Positions 26,901-37,427 of a stretch of 64,000 bases of DNA are shown piece after piece; positions within the stretch are counted from its first letter, which is position 1, and each line of letters starts with the position of its first letter. Made by a program: the position numbers and the translations under genes. The DNA comes from Octopus vulgaris. Its lineage: Eukaryota. A model generated the notes under the pieces. That model was not told the origin of the DNA. It did no database searches and worked only from the letters and a program-made list of their open reading frames with translations. The DNA lies in the NCBI GenBank assembly GCA_951406725.2, contig OX597834.1:6014001-6078000 (forward strand). Direction: 5' to 3'.

Positions 26901-28952
26901 TGAGAGAAAAAGGAAAATATGTATTGAATTATAAATATAACCAAAGAAATAAAGACATCCTATAATTGTTGCAGTAATTAGACTATGACCATTCTGGAGC
27001 AATGTCTTGAAGAAATTTTTGTTGAATGAAAAGACTCCAAAACTTTTTTTTAAGCCTGATACTTATTCTGTTGGTCTATTTGTTGAACTGCTGAGTTATA
27101 GGGAGGGATGTAAACACACCAACACCATTTGTCAGGTGGTGGTGGGGCAAACACAGACACAAAGACAAACACCTATTTCTTTATTACCCACAAGGGGCTA
27201 AACACAGAGAGGACAAACAAGGACTGACAAACGGTTTAAGTCGATTATATCGTCCCCAGTTCGTAACTGGTACTTATTTAATCGACCCTGAAAGGATGAA
27301 AGGCAAAGTCGACCTCGGCGGAATTTGAACTCAGTACATAACGGCAGACTAAATACGGCTATGCATTTTGCCCGGCGTGCTAACGTTTCTGCCACACACA
27401 CACATGTACAACAGGCTTCTTTCAGTTTCCATCTATGAAGTCCACTCATGAGGCCTTGGTCAGCCCAAAGCTATAGTAGAAGACACTTGCCCAAAGTATC
27501 ACCATGTCGTTAGGAGGCAAACTCCTCACCTCACAGCCACACCTGCAACATACTCTTTTACTCTTTTACTCTTTTACTTGTTTCAGTCACGTGACTGTGG
27601 CCATGCTGGAGCACCGCCTTTAGTCGAGCAAATCAACCACAGGACTTATTCTTTGTAAGCCTAATATGTATTCTATCGGCCTCTTCTGCCAAACCGCTAA
27701 GTTATGGGGACATAAACACACCAGCATCGGTTGTCAAGCGATGCTGGGCGAACAAACACAGACACACAAACATATACACACACATACATATATATATAAA
27801 CATATATACGACAACGGCTTCTTTCAGTTTCTGTCTACCAAATCCACTCACAAGGCTTTGGTCGGCCCGAGGCTATAGTAGAAGACACTTGCCCAAGCTG
27901 CCACACAGTGGGACTGAACCCGGAACCGTGTGGTTTGTAAGCAAGCTACTTACCACACAGCCACTCCTACGCCTATGTTGACATTTTTTAAGACAAATCT
28001 CCAGAAATATGGAACCAATAAAATCTTGTGTGACATAACAGTGCTAAAAATTCTTTGCCATGCACTAATTTTCTTGAAGAGACAGTTTATGAGTTACTGA
28101 ATCAATGCTTACATACGCGTTTTAAAGTCACTAGAAACAGCAGTCAAATCTCTCTCAAATCCCGCCATCACATTTTACAAAAGGAAGGACCCTGTTGTTT
28201 TAGATATTCTATCTAGAGAAGAAAGATGAGATGGTCATGGGCGGACTACCTTTGATCACATTTCCACTCATTTATGGCTCTGGGATGGGACGGGGCGGTG
28301 ACAGAAAGCATTGAACAACGACAACATCAACAACTTACAAGTTTGGGTATTGAAATGATGCAAAATAAGTGGTATAGACTTTACCATTTTTTATGGTTAT
28401 TGCTTCTTTGAGGTTACATCTAGGGCATTCTTTTGAATGGAATGCAACTTAATGTCTCATAAAATGAATCATTTATTGTCCAAGGCAATGCAGTGGTAGA
28501 GCTGTCCAAATTTTATTGTCTGGTAGAGAACTGCGACGGTGCTATATCAATTTTTGTTTGTTTTCTTTTTTTTTCTTTTTCAGTAGCTGAGAATATGTCA
28601 TATGCAATACCAAATATTTTGATGATCAGCAGTGGGCGGGGCCTCTCTACTATTTTGTCTCTGTGGGCGGAGCTATGCTATCTTGTCTCGGTGAGTGGAG
28701 CTTGAGTTTCCAGTCTCCGTGTGTGTTCGAATAGAAGAGGAATGCAGTTTTATGGAAGTACAAATTATAACAAATATCTCGATTTTAAAACAAATGACTG
28801 AAAGCAAATACTTATAGCTTATTTCATTGTGATTTGTCCACGTTCTGATGGTTAAACTGCATATGTATTTAGTGGCTATATATATCAACGTCATCATTTT
28901 CAGACATATATCTGTGCGTGTGTGTGTGTCTATACATATACATATATATGTA

Positions 28953-28991
<39 letters not shown>

Positions 28992-29215
28992 CTCATAACG
29001 GATTTTTTAAAAATTTCTAGTGGCTTGTTTTGAGACGCATAAATTATAATGGTTATTGACAATTTGGCTTTTTTTGGCATATTTAGCATTAGAATTTTTC
29101 TTTTGCTCTTATTTTATAAGTTATTTATAAATTTAACCTTTAAAGGCACTTTTTGATATGCTGGCCATTGATAAAATGTTTTTTCGAAAAATAAAAAATG
29201 TTATCCTACATTAGT

Positions 29216-29247
<32 letters not shown>

Positions 29248-29368
29248 AACAATAAAGGAACGGCCATAATAGGCCATTCACCCACTAGAAATAACAGCCA
29301 AAGCTTCAACCGCAAGTAAAAGTTAATTCAGTAAACCAGGAGAAAATTTAAAAAACATTTACCCTGTA

Positions 29369-29475
29369 ATTTCTTATACGATATACCGTTTCATCTGCTG
29401 ATTAATGGTAAACTAACCTGATTAAATTAAATCAAGCCTATCTTCCACAGGCCCTCAGATTCTTCAGTAAGAAAT
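29369..29475 (-). ncRNA. Type I hammerhead ribozyme, unit 1 (near-identical copies at 29862-29968, 30355-30461 and 30848-30954, all minus strand)
   Basis: Minus strand: atttctta-CTGAAGA-atctg-[58 nt]-cagat-GAAA-cggtatatcg-TA|taagaaat; 8-bp stem I, 5-bp stem II base, near-palindromic stem III, GUA cleavage triplet. Confidence 0.88.
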
Positions 29476-31445
29476 AGCCCAAGACGGAACAGATATTTTC
29501 ACGAGGCATTTCCGACGTTGCCAAGTTAATATCTGACCTAAAATTTTCAAATCGTCGCACTCGCGCCAAATTTATCGGCAGCAAATAAATATAAGCCGTC
29601 GATTCCATTACGGAATTAACCAGAAAATTCATAATTAATCAATATAGGGTGGCAAAAAAAAATTTTGTAGAATTCTTTTGCCACCAGCGGCCTAGTAGGA
29701 AAAATTAAAATAGTCATAGACCATTTTTAAGTTCAACATCAACAATAAAGGAACGGCCATAATAGGCCATTCACCCACTAGAAATAACAGCCAAAGCTTC
29801 AACCGCAAATAAAAGTTAATTCAGTAAACCAGGAGAAAATTTAAAAAACATTTACCCTGTAATTTCTTATACGATATACCGTTTCATCTGCTGATTAATG
29901 GTAAACTAACCTGATTAAATTAAATCAAGCCAATCTTCCACAGGCCCTCAGATTCTTCAGTAAGAAATAGCCCAAGACGGAACAGATATTTTCACGAGGC
30001 ATTTCCGACGTTGCCAAGTTAATATCTGACCTAAAATTTTCAAATCGTCGCACTCGCGCCAAATTTATCGGCAGCAAATAAATATAAGCCATCGATTCCA
30101 TTACGGAATTAACCAGAAAATTCATAATTAATCAATATAGGGTGGCAAAAAAAATTTTGTAGAATTCTTTTGCCACCAGCGGCCTAGTAGGAAAAAATTA
30201 AAATAGTCATAGACCATTTTTAAGTTCAACATCAACAATAAAGGAACGGCCATAATAGGCCATTCACCCACTAGAAATAACAGCCAAAGCTTCAACCGCA
30301 AATAAAAGTTAATTCAGTAAACCAGGAGAAAATTTAAAAAACATTTACCCTGTAATTTCTTATACGATATACCGTTTCATCTGCTGATTAATGGTAAACT
30401 AACCTGATTAAATTAAATCAAGCCAATCTTCCACAGGCCCTCAGATTCTTCAGTAAGAAATAGCCCAAGACGGAACAGATATTTTCACGAGGCATTTCCG
30501 ACGTTGCCAAGTTAATATCTGACCTAAAATTTTCAAATCGTCGCACTCGCGCCAAATTTATCGGCAGCAAATAAATATAAGCCGTCGATTCCATTACGGA
30601 ATTAACCAGAAAATTCATAATTAATCAATATAGGGTGGCAAAAAAAATTTTGTAGAATTCTTTTGCCACCAGCGGCCTAGTAGGAAAAAATTAAAATAGT
30701 CATAGACCATTTTTAAGTTCAACATCAACAATAAAGGAACGGCCATAATAGGCCATTCACCCACTAGAAATAACAGCCAAAGCTTCAACCGCAAATAAAA
30801 GTTAATTCAGTAAACCAGGAGAAAATTTAAAAAACATTTACCCTGTAATTTCTTATACGATATACCGTTTCATCTGCTGATTAATGGTAAACTAACCTGA
30901 TTAAATTAAATCAAGCCAATCTTCCACAGGCCCTCAGATTCTTCAGTAAGAAATAGCCCAAGACGGAACAGATATAGCCTGTGGAAGATTGGCTTGATTT
31001 AATTTAATCAGGTTAGTTTACCATTAATCAGCAGATGAAACGGTATATCGTATAAGAAATTACAGGGTAAATGTTTTTTAAATTTTCTCCTGGTTTACTG
31101 AATTAACTTTTATTTGCGGTTGAAGCTTTGGCTGTTATTTCTAGTGGGTGAATGGCCTATTATGGCCGTTCCTTTATTGTTGATGTTGAACTTAAAAATG
31201 GTCTATGACTATTTTAATTTTTTCCTACTAGGCCGCTGGTGGCAAAAGAATTCTACAAAATTTTTTTTGCCACCCTATATTGATTAATTATGAATTTTCT
31301 GGTTAATTCCGTAATGGAATCGACGGCTTATATTTATTTGCTGCCGATAAATTTGAGCGAGTGCGACGATTTGAAAATTTTAGGTCAGATATTAACTTGG
31401 CAACGTCAGAAATGCCTCGTGAAAATATCTGTTCCGTCTTGGGCT

Positions 31446-31552
31446 ATTTCTTACTGAAGAATCTGAGGGCCTGTGGAAGATTGGCTTGATTTAATTTAAT
31501 CAGGTTAGTTTACCATTAATCAGCAGATGAAACGGTATATCGTATAAGAAAT
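31446..31552 (+). ncRNA. Type I hammerhead ribozyme; predicted cleavage after 31544
   Basis: atttctta(31446-53) CTGAAGA(31454-60) atctg(31461-65) ... cagat(31524-28) GAAA(31529-32) cggtatatcg TA(31543-44) taagaaat(31545-52). Confidence 0.9.
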
Positions 31553-31939
31553 TACAGGGTAAATGTTTTTTAAATTTTCTCCTGGTTTACTGAATTAACT
31601 TTTATTTGCGGTTGAAGCTTTGGCTGTTATTTCTAGTGGGTGAATGGCCTATTATGGCCGTTCCTTTATTGTTGATGTTGAACTTAAAAATGGTCTATGA
31701 CTATTTTAATTTTTTCCTACTAGGCCGCTGGTGGCAAAAGAATTCTACAAAATTTTTTTTTGCCACCCTATATTGATTAATTATGAATTTTCTGGTTAAT
31801 TCCGTAATGGAATCGACGGCTTATATTTATTTGCTGCCGATAAATTTGGCGCGAGTGCGACGATTTGAAAATTTTAGGTCAGATATTAACTTGGCAACGT
31901 CGGAAATGCCTCGTGAAAATATCTGTTCCGTCTTGGGCT

Positions 31940-32046
31940 ATTTCTTACTGAAGAATCTGAGGGCCTGTGGAAGATTGGCTTGATTTAATTTAATCAGGTT
32001 AGTTTACCATTAATCAGCAGATGAAACGGTATATCGTATGAGAAAT
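31940..32046 (+). ncRNA. Type I hammerhead ribozyme; predicted cleavage after 32038
   Basis: Same fold; the stem I 3' arm tgagaaat turns one A-U pair into a G-U wobble. Confidence 0.88.
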
Positions 32047-32269
32047 TACAGGGTAAATGTTTTTAAATTTTCTCCTGGTTTACTGAATTAACTTTTATTT
32101 GCGGTTGAAGCTTTGGCTGTTATTTCTAGTGGGTGAATGGCCTATTATGGCCGTTCCTTTATTGTTGATGTTGAACTTAAAAATGGTCTATGACTATTTT
32201 AATTTTTTTCCTACTAGGCCGCTGGTGGCAAAAGAATTCTACAAAATTTTTTTTGGCACCCTATATTGA

Positions 32270-32312
<43 letters not shown>

Positions 32313-32993
32313 TCATATACATATATATATATATACCATGAGGTGAAGTGTTGAATTTATCTTTGTATAGTCTGATGAGCTGTCCACAAGGCTGCGGCTT
32401 TCATGGATGCAAGACCATTGGTCACTCTCTGGCCAGACTTTAACTTTTCTGCTCTGTTCCTTGCTGTGTGCTTCTAATTCAGACATATGATATTCCTTTT
32501 TTTTTCTTTTATTTGTTTCAGTCATTTGATAGCAGCCATGCTGGAGCACTGCCTTTAGTCGAACACATTGACCCCAAGACTTATTCTTTGTAAGCCTAGT
32601 ACTTATTCTATCAGTCTCTTTTGCCGAACCGCTAAGTGACGGAGACGTAAACACACCATCATCGGTTGTCAAGCAATGCTAGAGGGACAAACACAGACAC
32701 ACAAACATATACACACACATACAAATATATATATATATATACATATATACGACAGGCTTCTTTCAGTTTCCATCAACCAAATCCACTCACAAGGCTTTGG
32801 TCGGCCTGAGGCTATAGCAGAAGACACTTTCCTATGATGCCACGCAGTGGGACTGAACCCAGAACCATGTGGTTGGTAAGCAAGCTACTTACAACACAGC
32901 CACTCCTGGGAATGTAAACACACCAACATCAGTTGTCAAATGACAACATTGACAAACATAGACAAACATGGACATATAAACATGTATCTATCC

Positions 32994-33025
<32 letters not shown>

Positions 33026-33138
33026 CTCTATCTATCTATCTATCTAAAAATAAAAAGGTAAAATTTATTAATTAAATTAATAATTTTATCAGGTAGATTG
33101 GTACGTTAAAATAACCTTTATAGGTAAAATTATGCACA

Positions 33139-33202
33139 TAATTATAATTAGGGTTCAGCTAATTGCTGATGAAGCAATTAGCTGAACCCTAATCATAATT
33201 AT
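33139..33202. repeat. Near-perfect hairpin between (TATC)n tracts
   Basis: attagggttcagctaattgct-gatga-agcaattagctgaaccctaat. Confidence 0.85.
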
Positions 33203-33240
33203 ATATCTATCTGTTAATCTATTTATCTATCTATCTATCA

Positions 33241-33330
<90 letters not shown>

Positions 33331-33689
33331 ATATATATATATACATATCTGTATATATGCTATTTATGTATATAGACACAGGTGTGAATGTGTCGTAAGA
33401 AGCTTGCTTTCCAAACACATGGTTCTAGGTTCAATCCCAGTGAATGGCACCTTGGGCAAGTGTCTTCTACTATAACCTCAGGCTGACCAAAGCCTTGTGA
33501 GTAGATTCAGTAGATGGAAACTGAAAGAAGCCTGCCATATATATATATATTTACGTGGCTGTGTCATTGTGTCCATATTTGTCTCCAGCCACTGTTTGAC
33601 TATCGCTGTTGGTGTGTTTACATCTCTGTAACTTAGCAGTTCACCAAAAAGGACGAATGGAATAAGTGCGAACAAGAGACAACATTCAA

Positions 33690-34000
33690 TGCACACTAAC
33701 AAACTGTCCCACCCATAACACAGATCTATGTATAGAATATAATGTAAGAAATGCAACAAGTTCTATGTGGGTAGCACAACAAGACCTTTACATGTCCGCA
33801 TCAAAGAACATCTGAACACGAGAGCCTCCTCCTTTGGAAAACATTTAGACATGCTGGAACACTGACAAAAGCATAACAGTCACAATTGAGGCCAATGAAA
33901 GAAATTTGGGTAATTTATGGATTAAGGAAGCTATACTCATGCACAGACTAGGGTTCCAAATTAACAACAGGCTGGAGGTTGGTAATCAATATATTATTTA
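33690..34000 (+). pseudogene. Penelope-like element GIY-YIG endonuclease C-terminal remnant
   Basis: Translates YRI*CKKCNKFYVGSTTRPLHVRIKEHLNTRASSFGKHL ... NLWIKEAILMHRLGFQINNRLE: a CxxC between GIY- and YIG-like motifs, R..EH and the catalytic E. Confidence 0.8.
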
Positions 34001-34004
34001 GATA

Positions 34005-34238
34005 CATCTGGGTCATATTATGCAGTGAGAATCCCTGCAGAAGGACATCATGCTCGGAATGGTCAGTGGCAAGAGAGGAAGAGGCCGACCAAGAACCCGC
34101 TGGCTTGACACCATCAGGAGTGATACCAGAATGGACATGGCCAATCTGAAAGACGCAGCCCAGGATAGAACTGACTGGAGGACACTGATCCAATGAGTGA
34201 CCGAGAGTTGACTTCGACTGAGCGGATAGTGAGAGAGG
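34005..34238 (+). mobile_element. 3' fragment of an RTE/BovB-like LINE nested in the Penelope remnant
   Basis: Translates LGHIMQ*ESLQKDIMLGMVSGKRGRGRPRTRWLDTIRSD...LKDAAQDRTDWRTLI, a classic RTE C-terminus. Confidence 0.8.
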
Positions 34239-34530
34239 GTGTGTGTAGGTTCATATTTGATAACATGCTCATATATTGTTTATAACCAAACAAAAAAGAG
34301 AGGAAAAAAGGAGAAGGGAAAAAAAACGGAAGCTGCATGTATAACACATAACTTAGAAGCAGCGCTATGGATGTACCAGCACACATGAGATTGAGACATG
34401 GCTGACCTCACGCACTTCTCATGAGGAATTCCAGAAGGAGCTTCGTGAGAACACTGCTGAGATGCTTCTGAAAAAACAAAGAAAAGCCACTGGAAAACCG
34501 ATTATAGCAGCAACTCCATCAATTCCTAGA

Positions 34531-34576
34531 AATGTCTGAAGAAGGAATTTTTATTCCGAAATATCATGTCAGACTA
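34531..34576 (+). ncRNA. Degenerate type I hammerhead in the Penelope 3' region (pLTR)
   Basis: CTGAAGA-a-ggaat-tttt-attcc-GAAA-tatcatg-TC-agac; stem I is damaged. Confidence 0.6.
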
Positions 34577-34911
34577 TGGATGATTAAATTTTGTATCATC
34601 TTATCCATAAAAATTTACGGGGTGATTATAATCAAAAATAAGCAACAAGAATGACTCCGGTAATTTGGTACAATTGTTTCGCACTACAACATTTTATTAA
34701 AAGTTGTAAGTATTACAGCAGATTTAAGATGCTGAGTGCTCTTCAGCCAATTATATAGGTTTTCCAATAATACAAAATCTTTCAAATCAAGTAGTAACGT
34801 TTTAGAGAAGGTAGATATACAGTTAAAGATGTAGATTTAAATTTTAAGAACATATGAGGTTGTGAAGTCCAGCTACTAACTGACCAAACTATGGTTATAT
34901 CTGACTGCTAT

Positions 34912-34954
<43 letters not shown>

Positions 34955-35072
34955 TAAAAGAGAATGATAAAATAAGTACTAGGCTTAGAAAGAATAAATC
35001 CTTGGGTCGATTCGCTTGACTAAAGGCAGTGCTCCAGCATGGCCACAGTCAAATGACTGAAACAAGTAAAAG

Positions 35073-35110
<38 letters not shown>

Positions 35111-35191
35111 GTACATACAAATGCATATATGTATACATACATAGATACATATACATGCAAACATATATATATATATACTTTATTTTGCTAG

Positions 35192-35241
35192 CAAAAACTG
35201 TCTGATGAACGGGAACGTGAAACTCAGTGTAACAGATTTTG
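35192..35241 (+). ncRNA. Compact type I hammerhead ribozyme inside a 160-bp insert (35178-35340) between (TA)n tracts
   Basis: caaaaactgt-CTGATGA-acg-ggaa-cgt-GAAA-ctcagtg-TA|acagattttg; cleavage after 35231. Confidence 0.8.
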
Positions 35242-35337
35242 TTGAATTTTCTGCTGCTTTAAATAAAGCATATTACTCTACCACTGGTATTTGAGTACTC
35301 TTTTTTCCACCTTGTTTCACATTTATGTGTTTACTCC

Positions 35338-35372
<35 letters not shown>

Positions 35373-35854
35373 TCATCATGTAAATATGTGTGTGTGTGTA
35401 TACACAAATATACACACACACTCACACACATGTGTAAAGTGAGTGGTAACAGTAGTCTCTAATGTAGACTCAACCAGTCTTTCTTGATGGAAAATAAGAC
35501 GAATGTTAAAAGAAGATGGTTTCTCAATTCCACACCATTTTAAATATAAAGACGGAAACATTGCCGTGCACGACATACCAGGGGGTGGGGCTTACTGCGT
35601 GTGTGTGTGTGCATAAAACATTCTAGGAAGAAGTAGGAGGCTTGCATATGTCTGTCTGTGTGCAATAACAGCTGACGGTGAATCTACGCTGTGATTGAAA
35701 CACAAAGTTGCGTTTTGTTTATCGATAAGTGGGGGGGAAGATATCATATATTATACACTGCAGATAAAAAGGGGCCGAGTTTAAGTTTATAATGTTCGGA
35801 GAATTCCAGAAAGGTGTGACTTGGCTTGTTAAAAGGTGAAACTATTGGCTCAGC

Positions 35855-36249
35855 TGTGGCGGTGGTGGTGGTGGTGGTGGGTGGGGGGGGGGAAATAGGC
35901 AGAGCCAGAACAAGAGGGGTGGGGTGGGGGTAACGGTAGAAGGTTATATCAGGAAAACGCAGAACTAACTTATTCTTACTTAATGAAATACAAGTGAGAA
36001 TAGTAGCAGCACCGGCTGCAACAGCAGCAGCAGCAGCAGTGGTAGTGGTGGTGGTGATGCTGGTGGTGCTGGTGGTAAATGTAGTAGCATTAGTAGTAGT
36101 GGTGGTGGTGGTGGTGGTGGTGGTGGTGGTAGCAGTAAAAGTAGTACTAGTAGTAGTGGTGGTGGTGGTGGTGGTATATGTAGTAGCATTAGTAGTGGTG
36201 GTTGTTGTGGCAGTAGTAGTAGTGGTGGTGGTGGCAGTAAAAGTAGTAC

Positions 36250-36297
<48 letters not shown>

Positions 36298-36364
36298 CGG
36301 TGGTGGTGCTGGTGTTAAATGTAGTAGCATTAGTAGTGGTGGTCGTGGTGGTAGTAGCAGTAAA

Positions 36365-36397
<33 letters not shown>

Positions 36398-36475
36398 GGT
36401 GGTGGTGGTGGTGGTGGTGGTGGTGGTGGTGGTGGTGGTTGTGGTATATGTAGTAGCATTAGTAGTGGTAGTAAT
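35855..36475 (+). repeat. (GGT)n/(AGT)n compound microsatellite with higher-order repetition
   Basis: Recurrent atgtagtagcattagtagt blocks; source of the poly-T/V/P/L ORFs. Confidence 0.9.
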
Positions 36476-36764
36476 TTTGTAGCTTCTGGTAAACTCACTA
36501 AGGTTAAACAAAGAATGAAGCGAAGCGTGAATGTATCAATTCTAACTATTTCACATGTTGCAGTGAGTTTGTTTAGCTCAGTACTGGCTGCTGCTGCTGC
36601 TCTGGAAGGGTTGTGTGTGTGTGTGTGCGTGTGTGTGTGTGTGCATGTGTGGGGGAGGGGATAGGGAGTTTGGGGAATGAAATATGGAAGGAAAGAAACA
36701 TGAGGCCGAGGAAAGGAAAATATAAGGTGAGGGAAAAATGGAGAGAGAGAGAAACATAGGAAGA

Positions 36765-37125
<361 letters not shown>

Positions 37126-37427
37126 CTTTCTTTTATTAGCCACACAGGGCTGAATACAGAGGGGACAAATACAAATGCAGAGCTTTTCTTTTCGAGGGTG
37201 GAAAAAAATAAAAAATGTAAGATTGCGATCAAAAGGGATCGAGAGGAGGAAAAAAAAGGAAAAAAAAGAAAATCGTGTATCACAGAAATAATGGTGTAAA
37301 CATTGATATAACAAGATTGGGTTCATCCGTGGGAAGAAAAGCCTACAGAAAAGACCACGGGAACCCCAGTCAGGGAGGAAATAAACACATGAGGTCAAAA
37401 ATGCTCTCTTTCTTTCTTTTTTACGAT

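Larger units (their letters stand above)
29245..32274. mobile_element. Retrozyme-like array: 493-bp hammerhead-containing units; 3.5 copies in one orientation (29245-30975), then 2.6 copies inverted (30977-32274); embedded in (TA)n
   Basis: Unit starts at 29245, 29738, 30231 and 30724 (exact 493 period); only a handful of differences between copies; inversion junction at 30976; (TA)n on both flanks. Confidence 0.9.

Noticed and set aside
29648-29697. Hairpin ggtggcaaaa...ttttgccacc followed by CTAG, resembling a Helitron 3' end
   Set aside because: Neither array end coincides with it and no TC 5' start follows. The hammerhead and permuted ends explain the array better. The hairpin may be part of the circRNA structure.
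31783-31983. 66-aa ORF (MNFLVNSVMESTAY...) repeated in each 493-bp unit
   Set aside because: It recurs only because the DNA is repeated. It has no recognisable domain, is frameshifted in the copy at ~31290-31490, is truncated in unit 1, and overlaps the ribozyme.
29245-32274. CRISPR-like array or ordinary satellite
   Set aside because: There are no unique spacers and the context is eukaryotic. The low copy number, inversion and ribozyme do not fit a simple satellite.
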